This document shows positions 50,598-61,179 of a stretch of DNA of 64,000 nt, in pieces. The stretch lies in NCBI GenBank assembly GCA_001599295.1, contig BCGN01000007.1:198433-262432 (forward strand). Reading direction: 5' to 3'. The DNA comes from Sporopachydermia quercuum. Lineage: Eukaryota. The notes below the pieces were generated by a model that made no database searches, had not been told where the DNA came from, and worked only from the letters and a program-made list of their open reading frames with translations. Each line of letters opens with the position of its first letter. Positions within the stretch are counted from its first letter, which is position 1. A program made the position numbers and the translations under genes.

Positions 50598-51554
50598 ATG
50601 TCTGGGTTCGTTTCTCTTAGAGCAGGAATTGCAGCTTCTATATTTCTGGCGTTGTACGTCGTTTATACTATCCTTTCAGCTATCATTGTATGTCGTGAAG
50701 GATGGAGAACTAGATGGACGTTTTTGTTTGCATTCGGGCTGATTCGTGTTGGTGGCCAGTTATGTGGAGTTGCATTTGCAAAGCTTGGTATTGAGCACTG
50801 GCAATGGTTGATTGCTTACTTGGTTCTTTCCGCTGAAGGTTACTTTACCTTGGTGCTTACATGTTTCCATTTTCTTTCGCAAGCCCAGACCGCCATATAT
50901 GGCACTTCTTGGATCAAACCCACGAGAAAGGAGCGGAAGGCTAAGAAGGAGGCCCTCAAGGCTGAGGGTAAGTCCTACCTGCAACGTGCGCGGGTGGATT
51001 TTTCTCTTGCCAACTGTTTCCATTGGTTATTGATTCCAGCAAATGCTATTCTCATTGCTGGTGGTACTATGCTTACGGGCATTGACCCTGTAGATTTAGC
51101 AAATCAGCAAGGTGAAGTTCATGCATCTAGGGGTTTAAGAGCTGCAGGTCAGGGTATCTTTTTAGCAGAAACTATTGCTTTGGTGTTTTTAACTTTATTC
51201 GTTTATACCAAGGAAAGAATAAGAATCTACGTAATGTATGCGTTATTCTTTGCATTCCCCTTCTTGATAGTCAGAGGTATTTTCGGCATCTTGTCTATCT
51301 TTTTGGATAAGATGAATTATTACTTAATTTCCAATTACGATGAAAGTGGGTTATCTGTCTACTTTATTGCTTGTGAATACTGTTTGGCTACACTTCCAGA
51401 GTTTGTTTCCGCATGTTCGTTGATTTCGGTTTACTACCACGACAGATATTATGGTTCTTTGAAAAAGAATGAGGTATGCTCCATTAATGAGGAAAGCCAT
51501 GCTGATGAGGAAAATGACGAGAAAGAAGTNATTACGAGAGTTCAACTAAGCTAA
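50598..51554 (+). CDS. Fungal integral membrane protein of unknown function (about 7 TM)
   Basis: 318-aa intronless ORF with multiple hydrophobic spans and motifs FGLIRVGGQLCGVAF, WLIAYLVLSAEGYF and PFLIVRGIFGILS. Confidence 0.8.
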   Translation: MSGFVSLRAGIAASIFLALYVVYTILSAIIVCREGWRTRWTFLFAFGLIRVGGQLCGVAFAKLGIEHWQWLIAYLVLSAEGYFTLVLTCFHFLSQAQTAIYGTSWIKPTRKERKAKKEALKAEGKSYLQRARVDFSLANCFHWLLIPANAILIAGGTMLTGIDPVDLANQQGEVHASRGLRAAGQGIFLAETIALVFLTLFVYTKERIRIYVMYALFFAFPFLIVRGIFGILSIFLDKMNYYLISNYDESGLSVYFIACEYCLATLPEFVSACSLISVYYHDRYYGSLKKNEVCSINEESHADEENDEKEXITRVQLS

Positions 51555-51869
51555 GAATATGAATATGGTAATAAGCGGGTGTGTAAACACGGAGATGAGC
51601 AGATGNTATTTCACCCGGAACAAGAAAACCAGCAGGCACTTAAGAACATTACTCCTGAAGATTATATAGGAACTATATAGGGAGCTGGTGTGAGTACGGA
51701 CTGCCATAACTTTCTACTGCCCGTTTGGTGTAATGTACTCCTGTAAATTAACGCCGAAGTGGGATATTATATACTTTTTGCAGGCAAAAGTTGAATCATC
51801 GGAAACACACAATAGAAGAAAGATGAATGAATGACGGATTAAATATGGTACTGTGAAATGAATGATGTG

Positions 51870-52420
51870 ATTGAATGTGGTTGCAGACCAGCTTCAAAGT
51901 GCTCGTTCAGCGGAGAGAGGGAGACCTATTTTTCGCTGGCGGCATTCTTAACAAAGTAAACCTATTTATTGCCTAGTTGGTTCAAAGAGAAATCTGGACA
52001 GGCTACGAACTTGTTAGAGTCCTTGAAGTAAGCAACGACTCCTTGATACCTAAATCAGTGGAAGCAGTAAGTGGGGGTTCTGAAGTTACAGGTTAGTAAT
52101 TTCGTTAACAACGAGACACTGGTGGTTGCAGGAACAATGGTAGAGTTTCAGCCAGCGTGGGCAAATTTACGATGTACTCGTCACTAGCCTTAATGGTACC
52201 AAAGAANGCAGCGTCGTCCAAGGCCAGGGTTAATTCGTAACTATCAAACTTGGCAAGATTACATTGAAAAATAATACTTTGATATCTTGATGGTGAACAA
52301 GCAAAGAAAACATGGGAGATTCAGGCTGGTGCATACACTCTCTTTTGAGTGGGTCAAGGCGGCCGAGATGCAGTGGCAAAGCAGCAAAGCAGGAGGAGGG
52401 TGGATGCTAAGGATTGTACA
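51870..52420 (-). pseudogene. Degraded secreted/cell-wall protein gene (Cwp1/PhiA-like)
   Basis: Minus-strand fragments across shifting frames: signal-like SLASTLLLLCCFATAS, QPESPMFSLLVHHQ, IFQCNLAKFDSYELTLALDDAAFFGTIKASDEYIVNLPT, NSTIVPATTSV, ASTDLGIKESLLT, FKDSNKFVACPD and VYFV. Several frameshifts and stops; no ATG at the signal-like segment. Confidence 0.6.
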
Positions 52421-52890
52421 GCTCAATCTTTTTCTATACTCCTATTATTTTTGAATGGTATATACGATGGGCAATATGATGCTGTCAACGAACAGAAACA
52501 GAGACCGGAAAGTCTACCAATTCTGTAGCAAGTTAACGGAATGTGGAAGAAACAAATGGATGTTCAATAAAGCAATTCTAAAACCCGAGAGGTAGAATTG
52601 CTTCTTTTGGCTACATACATGGCGCATCATCACAGTCGAATCAAAGTGTCGGAACGGCGAAACTTTTTNGGCTAATGTTGTGTTGCATCGAGACAATTGG
52701 AGTGGGAGGAACAAAGAAGAAAATTGTGTATAGAGAAGTGGACGACCCCATAGAAATAATTGGAAATAATTGGACTATACATGGAAAGACATTCGGCATC
52801 ATTATTTTTATGGTACTGCTGACAGATTGAATGGCGCACCTTCCAAACAAAATATCGAGCTTTTCGACGCTCAAGGCGATCAAGCACGAG

Positions 52891-52958
52891 TTTCTCTTGT
52901 CAATTGGCGCTTCGCTNTTTCCTTATTTCTTTCACTCCTACTTTCCTTCTTTCCTAAT
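52891..52958 (+). repeat. 68-bp direct repeat, right copy
   Basis: tttctcttgtcaattggcgcttcgctntttccttatttctttcactcctactttccttctttcctaat, offset 2751 bp from the left copy. Confidence 0.95.
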
Positions 52959-53289
52959 AAATAATACAAATACTGCACGATTTTATATTAGTAGCTGGGA
53001 TCCTACAATTATAATGAAAAAAATCATATTGGATTACATTCCTTTTCAAACCTAGAGTCAACTTGTCATGTTCCTTGAATCATCGATAGCACTCATCTCT
53101 TACCTGCATATTCCGTTTTTTCTTCCTGCATTCATTCTACTTGATAACTGATGGAAAATCAACAAAAATCAAATCATTTATTGCCTTACTTTCTTATATA
53201 AACTTTCGCTATACGCACAATACCTTCCTCCTATCATTTGGTTCATTTGCTTCACAACTGACATTCATTACTCATAGCCAGCTAAGCTC

Positions 53290-55463
53290 CTAAACCCTCA
53301 ATCCTGAGAAAAAGCCACGAGCCCATGAAGTCACTCCTGTCCACCAGTTCTGTAGATATCCATATACTGAAGAAACACCACCAGTTACAGTACTGGTGCT
53401 AAATAATGACTTTGGCGTCGTTCCAGTGAAGTAATTGTACTGTTCTTTTGCTAACCGGGCTAACTGCTCGTGGGTAGTCTCCTTGTGACGAATGCCAAAA
53501 GCTTCAAGGTATGATTGTAAGTCATTATCTGACCACGAACTAAAGTCAACATAATTGGAAGCAGTCTTCTTCACGTTATCATAGCCGTCTTTTAACTTAT
53601 TGGCTCCAGTCTGAGACGATTGAGCTAAAGTATCATAATAACTTTTTGCTTGATCTAACAGTTGAGTTCTTGTATCTCCCAAGTTTTCAACCTTTCCATT
53701 TAACCAATCCTTCAAATCATCACTGGTCCAACTGCTGAAATCCCAGCTGTTCATTTTAGGCGGAGTAAATTTATTCTCAGTTGCTAATCTTACTAAAGTA
53801 CGATGAGTTGCAAAATACGGGTATTGAACATCTCGAGCATCAAGGAAGGCTCTCAATTGCTTATTCGGCCATGTTTTAACAACGGATTCAAATGGAGCTG
53901 TAAATTTCACATCACTCAAACTATCAGCCACTGAATTTTTCCAATCGTAGAACCAGTTGTTGTACTTTTCTGCTAATTCAACTAGCTGTTCTTTAGTATA
54001 ATCAGCAGTTGAATCAACGGTTCCCCCGAAAGAACTAATGTACTCCTTTAAATCAGAATCACTCCAAGTATCAAAAGCTGTATTCTTGATTTCAGATCCG
54101 TAGCTAGCGGCATCATTATAAGTATCCTTTGCTTTTCCAGCAATATTAGACGCTTGGTTTTTGATTTCTGCTTTGCTGTCTTTCTCGGTGGCCTTTAACT
54201 TATTTTTCACTCTGGCAACTAACTCATCTCTTGTACCTTCAGCATTTTCTTTCTTCTCATTAAGCCACTTCTTCAAATCCCCTGTAGACCATGTGCCAAC
54301 ATAATAAGAAAACTTCTTGGAAGGATTGACAGGAATGTATTCATTTTCCTCCACTAATTCAATCAGTTTCTCCTTTGAATTCTGGGCCTCCTTTGGTATA
54401 TCTATATCTCTCATGTTCAAGAACTCCTTTAGTCTGTCAATAGACAAAGTATTCAAATCAGGTAGGAAGCTGCCTGAGCTTGGGAGATTATTACTCAGCC
54501 ATGAATGTATATCATCTTTCAATAGTTCAGAGTGTTCCTTAATTGATTTGGAATCAACTTTGGCTCCTTTGCTAATCAATCCATGAGATTTTGCCCATTT
54601 CTTGATACTTGAGTCAGACCAGCCGTCAAAAATTGAAGAGTCTTTGTTCTTGGTGAAATCAAGGAAGGAAAAATCATCGACTTTCAGCGATGGTAACCAG
54701 CTTTCCTTTTTATGACTTTCAGTAAGATAATCGCCCAAAGATTGATTCTGAATCAATCTCACAAATTCACTACGATCAGAGTCTTTGGCATACTTAATTT
54801 GATGCTTGTCTAACCAATTCTTCAAATCTTCTGTAGACCATGAGTTATACGCCCAACCAGAAGGATAGGAGCCTGATCCGTCATATTTATTTGAAAGTTT
54901 CTTGTAGTTTTTCTTAACAGTCTCAACTAATTCTGATCTGGTGTTAGCAGGTTTATATTTGATGCCAGCATCATCAAGAAGCTTCTTCAATTGAACATCA
55001 GACCAATCATTGAATAGCCATTGACTAACGTCATTATATGCCTTAGAAATTGCATTGCCTGACTTATCTATAGAGCTTTTGATTGAATTGATAATCTGGT
55101 CTTGATAAGTTTCGGGATAGTCTTTCCACTGAGCCGAGACTGATTTCCTGATTTCTTTCTCCAATTCCTTTGCATTCTTTTCGTTCAAACTGTTCCAAGT
55201 GCTTTGTACTTGTTTATCCAACTCAGCTTTTGAAGCTGCTGAAGAGTACTTGATATTGTTATCAGTAAGGAATCTATATATAAGTTAGTATGGCAAACTA
55301 GATAAGGAAGAAAGTGCGTATTTGCTCTGAACACTTACTGCTTCAATTCTTTTTCATTCCATCTTTGATAAGGATCTTTTTGCAAGCTGAAAGGCCATTG
55401 AAATGCTAAACTAATTATAGCATAGAATGCAATCAGCTGAATAATTAACAACTGCAGACGCAT
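53290..55463 (-). CDS. MSC1: Ish1/Msc1-family stress-responsive nuclear-envelope/ER lumen protein (exons 55463-55339, 55273-53290)
   Basis: Signal peptide MRLQLLIIQLIAFYAIISLA; intron 55338-55274 (GTAAGT, TACTAAC, TAG); many W-S-x-x-D-L-K-x-W/Y-L repeats (FNDWSDVQLKKLL, NSWSTEDLKNWL, FDTWSDSDLKEYI, FSSWSDNDLQSYL). Confidence 0.8.
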
Positions 55464-56480
55464 TGTTAAAGTGTTGTATTTAGATGTTTTGTTTGATCTA
55501 TAAGTTGAATATAATTGCTACTTGTTACAACGAATTATACTATTTATCAAATAGAATGTCCANTGATACATTAAATACTATAAACAACAGCATATACACA
55601 TAGTCAAACTACAAAAAGATGTTCTATAATTGTTCTAAAGAGAAGGAAAGCTCTTTTATATAAATTCCTCGATATTTTAGTTGTTTTCTCTTTCTTCCTG
55701 TTTCTTAAAATCAGAGTCAATTAACAAGTAATTCGTCATTTATTTGCAACTACAGCATACTAGGAACATTTAACCAATATTCACGTTTACTATTACATCA
55801 TAGGGTAGCTATGTGTGATATCTCAGGTGGAGATCTGGTGGAGACGAATAGCGATGAGATGTGATCAGTAAATTATGAGGCAAATATGGGATTTGAATTG
55901 AGTATAATTGATTTCAGTTATGACGTTAGAAACGGTCAGTTGTTTCTAACTGGTGTGGTTTCGGTGATGAGAATGAAGAGTAGGTAGAATAGAATAGGTG
56001 CAACAAGAGCAATTGCTATGAACATTTGCTCATTTCAATATTATTTGAATTCCTGTAGACAAGACATTTTTTGTATATTATCCTACAAAACTATTCAATT
56101 CCAATAATAATCAAAGGTATTATTAATTATGATCGATCTTTTCCTTTGATCTACTTTCCTTGTCCTTTCTTAATAAGTTTACTTCTTCTTTACCATTACA
56201 TCACTTAAAGTTTATTGATGAGCTAACGTTAATCATATGTAGAGTTCAAAATTTGACAGGGGACGGATTGGACGATAGTTACAACACGCAAAAATAAGCA
56301 ACCGAGTTGTCATATTTTTTGAGCATTCAATCACCATCGCTTCTATTGTACAAAAGTCTAAATATCAGACTCAAGCGGAATGGTGAATTCAATAGTTAAT
56401 GAGCAATTGATAGTAAGGAGTTCATGTTGAATCATCTGTGATGTGTTTTAGAGTTTTAGAGTTTTGGGGGACATTATAAG

Positions 56481-56512
56481 ATCCAATGAAGTAACTACTT
56501 ACTTCATTGGAT
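56481..56512. repeat. Perfect 14-bp inverted repeat with a 4-nt loop
   Basis: atccaatgaagtaa-ctac-ttacttcattggat. Confidence 0.9.
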
Positions 56513-58100
56513 TTGCCCTTCTGTATTTGGAGTTAAGGTTTAAATATTGAACTTTGTTTAAAGCTCGTGNATAAGTATAAGTAATACTCAATGGTTCGAC
56601 GGGGGANTGATAGTTATTGTTCTACGTGTAAATCGAGTGGATTTGGTAGATAACTACGGGAATTAGACTGAATAAGCACAATAATCGTGCTATGGACCAA
56701 ATTAATACTCCTGATGCTTCATGCGCCCTTTTGCTTGCCTGTTGAGAATACGATAACGATTGATTTCAAATGAGCGGGTTATTCACATACTAAGTCTTTC
56801 TATATAAGAAATTCTACACTACAATGAGGCATCCTGAAAATACACTTTGGAATTAATTTGCATTGGATTATTGAAAAATAATTCTGGAGCTTTTACTGGG
56901 ATAGTGACTTCAGAGGCCTTTGGCTTAGTTTAACGCCCCTTTCAACTGAGTTTCTTCTTGATTGATACCGAGGGAGCAAATAAGATAATTCTACTTCAAT
57001 CTGAAAATACAATCACTGCCTTCTTTTCAAGATTTGAAAACTGACTCTTCTATGATACAACAAGTTAAAATGCTTTTGATCCAATAGTTAGAGTATCTGG
57101 GGAAGATGTATGTTCAAGAAATATGATATAAATTCAATCTACTATTGGCCTCTTCGTATCAGTCAAGGACCTTCTAGCTGAACTNAGATTGCTTTCTAAT
57201 CTTGCTGGTTTCTAAAACTCCTTACCAATGGTTGAAAGTCAATGGTGAGTGGTAATTAGNCTCGTCGATCACTATAGATTTCTATGGATAATCACTCTCG
57301 TCTAGCCATTTTCATTAAAATGAATTAAGGTCTGAAGAAGCCACTGCCAGTATCCTATGAAGGTAAATTACATCTGAAACTTGCCTAAAGGAGACATCCC
57401 TTTTAAACTTTAAGATGACAGTAGGCTTTTCTTCCACTCGTGTATTTACGTTATGATACACTGCAATCTTATCCTATCTAACAAAAGCTATAAATTGCAA
57501 AATCAAAATATTCACAACACAAGATTATATTCTAGAATTCGCTGTGATTTTCCCCTTTTAATCCCTGACCTCTTGTATCCTTTTTTCCACTATCCTATCC
57601 TATGCATTTAGAATAAATCACTACGTAATCAAAGATTACATTATCACTAACTCATTTTACATTATTATCTAATCAATTATGCCCACCACTGTCCCATGAC
57701 ACACCCTCATATTATCCATGCTTCGAAGAAAATACCAATTTTTCAGCCTGCGCGTGTATTTTCATCCAAGTTCTGGCTGTACATTTCATTGTAAGATAAA
57801 CAACTAAACAACCAAATTCTATGGATGGATATTCGCCAAAACATAGTAATATTTTCAAGTTATTAAAACCTTGATTGGATTGATTTGCAAATCTGTGAAT
57901 ACCAGGCTCGTTTAATTGATTGCCTGCTCGTTGCATTGGTTACATCCTATGTCGTATATTGAACACCATCCAGCGAACACAACAGAAACATATTTGTATA
58001 CAATCAATCGGTTTCAGTGGTTTTCTATCAACAATTTTTTGCACCATTAGCTCAGAAGCAAAGCTCCAATCTCAACTGATATTTTCCATCTTGTATTACA

Positions 58101-59876
58101 ATGGCAGGAGCTTATACTCAATTCAGCAGCTCTTCTGTTGACCCAACAAGACACACATCACCGAGTATCGGATCTAATGGTCACACTATGAACTCTTTGG
58201 GCCATGCACCTTTAGCTATTCCGATATCAACATTTTCGAGTACACCAAATAACAATGCAAACACTAATAACAACAATATTGCAACTAATAACCCCAAGTC
58301 TGTCAGTTTAGCTAATATCGATCGAAGTAGTCTGGGAATTCAGGGTGTTGGTGTTCCAGGTGTTCCACAGATTCAGAGAATATCACTAGCATTCAAAAGT
58401 CAGCTTCTTACAGAAATATCATGGGCTTTGACAACACTTGTCAGATTATCTCATTCCAATCCTGAAACTCTTTCTTTCAAAACATTGTCGTTCTTACCTA
58501 AAGAACTGCTGAAAGTGATATCTCAATGGCTAGATTCAGTTTATAGTAGTAGTGATAAGTATTTGATTGTTGAAAGCAACGATGAACATGAATTAAGACA
58601 AAATGCTTATGACGCAAGTTTGGTTCTAAGAAACTTGGTCCAAGATCAAGAAAACTCACATATAATGGCATCAATGAGTGAACTGAAACTTATTCTATCT
58701 GAGTCGTTAAAGTTATATCAAGAACCCGCATCTGGGGTTCATTTTGAATTTATTAACTATATGATTGATATTACTGAATCTACAAGCTCTTTCTTCCTAT
58801 CAGAGCAAGGATCTGAAGCAACAGCTGAAGAAGAACTATTATTTGATAATCTGATCTATATTCTGAATAATTCAAATGATCGAGCAGCAATCATCCCAAG
58901 TTTAGTTTCTGTAACAAGATTACTTGTTCGTGATACNAATGACTGTAAGCTGGCAAATAAAGTATCCAACAAACTACTAAACGTTTTAGCTTCATTTTTG
59001 GATTTACCTGGTGATATTTATTTAACGTCAACAACATTGGACTTCTTTTATCAATTCTGCGCGAATTCTGGTGACAATATTATACGATTGAATGAGATTA
59101 GAGTATTAGCAAGGCTTATATCAAGTTTATTGAATCTAGTTACCGATAATCATAAATTACCGACGTCAGCATTGCCAAGACCATTCTCCTTACCAAGAAG
59201 AACTCCAAAACCTCCACCATCAGCACCACCTGTTTTACCACCGAATGTCTTGAGTTATCTTTTAACGTTAAGAGAACCAGAAAGAGCTACTCAATGGATG
59301 AGATCATCTTATATCAATAATCCTGATGGTGAAGTGACCCAGATATCTCTATGGAAAGCATATGAATCACAATTTGAACCGCATGTCAGAACAGCTCACA
59401 AATTGCTTCCTGCTGTTGACTTTATTAAGAACGTAAGCAATGCATTCAAAGATTCTGCAGCTATGGTTGTTCCATTATCTGATGGTGGTAGAAAATTCAT
59501 CATCAAAGGAATTGAACCAAGAGAATACCCGATTGATCCTTTGAAATTTGTTCCTAATCGTGTACCTATTCGTCGTGGAAACAATGCAGCATTTAAACTA
59601 GGTGAANCATATTCTAATGAGAATATTCAAGTAATACCAATCAGAAGCAACCTGCCATTAACTGAGATCAATTCATCTGCACTTTCTGTCATCTACAGTT
59701 TAATTCAAAGTGAGGTTGATGTTTGCATAGAAGCGTTTGTTCCCTACAGAAGTGATTTGTTTCAATTGCTATGTCACATTGGAAATCCTGAAGTGTGCAA
59801 TGCTGTTACTGATATATTAGATGGTATCAGTGGNAAAATTGATACTGCTGGTGGGAGCGTTGGATTAGGAAAGTGA
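58101..59876 (+). CDS. RSC9: RSC chromatin-remodelling subunit Rsc9 (armadillo-like plus RFX winged helix)
   Basis: RISLAFKSQLLTEISWAL, ASLVLRNL, EPERATQWMR, GEVTQISLWKAYESQF, LLPAVDFIKNVSNAF and KFIIKGIEPR. No ARID domain is visible. Confidence 0.88.
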   Translation: MAGAYTQFSSSSVDPTRHTSPSIGSNGHTMNSLGHAPLAIPISTFSSTPNNNANTNNNNIATNNPKSVSLANIDRSSLGIQGVGVPGVPQIQRISLAFKSQLLTEISWALTTLVRLSHSNPETLSFKTLSFLPKELLKVISQWLDSVYSSSDKYLIVESNDEHELRQNAYDASLVLRNLVQDQENSHIMASMSELKLILSESLKLYQEPASGVHFEFINYMIDITESTSSFFLSEQGSEATAEEELLFDNLIYILNNSNDRAAIIPSLVSVTRLLVRDXNDCKLANKVSNKLLNVLASFLDLPGDIYLTSTTLDFFYQFCANSGDNIIRLNEIRVLARLISSLLNLVTDNHKLPTSALPRPFSLPRRTPKPPPSAPPVLPPNVLSYLLTLREPERATQWMRSSYINNPDGEVTQISLWKAYESQFEPHVRTAHKLLPAVDFIKNVSNAFKDSAAMVVPLSDGGRKFIIKGIEPREYPIDPLKFVPNRVPIRRGNNAAFKLGEXYSNENIQVIPIRSNLPLTEINSSALSVIYSLIQSEVDVCIEAFVPYRSDLFQLLCHIGNPEVCNAVTDILDGISXKIDTAGGSVGLGK

Positions 59877-61179
59877 ATGCAATAATCGAAATTTTGTACG
59901 TTAGAAGATGTGTAGTAAATTAGTCCATCAGATTGTATATTAAATGAATAGATTAGATCATCAAAAAGTTTGAAGAAGTGAAAGGAACGGATTATTAAAA
60001 TATCAATAAGGTCATGCAGAGATATGCAGGTCCCTTACCTTAATCCTAAATCCAACAAGTCAATTCTTGGTGATACAGAATAGATGGCCTTACAAAACTT
60101 GCTTTTATATCCTGGAATTGAAAGCAAAAATGACCCTATANCATTCCAAACAATATCNAGAGGTTGGTCTATTATTCTTTGTTTTACCTATATCTATGTT
60201 ATCTTGTAGTTAGAATCAATTAATAAGCACATTTAGATCAAAATAAAGTTCGATCTAATTCCCCGTTTTAGAGTTCCAGTCCATTACTAATATAAAACTT
60301 AATATTTATTTCTTGAAACGCTTCTCAAAAGACTACAGCATTAATCCTGCAAAAGCTAGCTAATTCAGTACCTGTCAAATAATTGGCGGTAGACATAACT
60401 AAAATATTTTAGAGATTAGTGAAATCATCATACTTTATTTCCCTTACTTAATTCTACATATTGTAAAGGAAGATCTCTTTATTCCAACATTGAGAAATTC
60501 CTGAAACTCATTGTATGCAACACTGTGCACAACTTAAAATAAGGTTAAGACCATAAAATCAAGCCACTTGCCTGTTCAGTTCACCTGTTCTTTCGAAGTT
60601 CCTTCTTATATGGATACTTCCAGAATTATAATGAAAACTATGCTCCTATTTCTTTTTTTTCATTATATTTTATATATTAATTTGGTCTCTACAACATAGT
60701 CTTGTAGCTCAACCAGCATATTCTCATCCGTTCTTTTACTAAGCATTGTCCTCATTATCACCTCCTCTCAGCAAATCCATCCCTTCAAACTTTAAACGGC
60801 CAATGTTCCTTAATCTAAAATGTTAACATTTTGAGCTGATATCCAACTTCTATTTCTATCATCATGTGACTTGACATATTTTTCATTACTAATAGGATAA
60901 TATTCCTTTGCAAAGATGTTGGATCCGATGAATATATTTCATGGTATAAATAAGTACTACATTCTCCTTTCAGAGTAGTCATTTTTTTCATTGTTTTAGT
61001 ATTAAGCTCAATGATTTCTCCTTTTTATATGCGATAGATCAGAAGAAGTATCAAACTCCTATAGGGTCTCTTCAAAACTGAAGTAAACCTGTTCAACAAC
61101 ATTCTACAGAATTCAATTCAAATCAAATTAAATCAAATTAACTCAACCAACCGATTAAATTAGAAAACCTATATCAACT

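Larger units (their letters stand above)
50140..52958. mobile_element. Direct-repeat-bounded inserted segment (2.75-kb unit), no mobility gene
   Basis: Bounded by 68-bp direct repeats, GC-richer than the flanks by eye, carries one gene and one pseudogene, and lies between COX14 and MSC1. Confidence 0.5.

Noticed and set aside
52080..52098. TACTAAC...CAG on the minus strand within the pseudogene, suggesting a spliced intact gene
   Set aside because: No good donor upstream, and frameshifts and stops remain on both sides, so splicing cannot restore an ORF.
50140..52958. The 68-bp direct repeats as retrotransposon LTRs
   Set aside because: Too short, no TG...CA termini, no PBS or PPT, and no gag/pol remnants between them.
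56585..56610. GGTTCGA as a tRNA T-loop (also at about 6643)
   Set aside because: No cloverleaf stems or A-box in the surrounding sequence.
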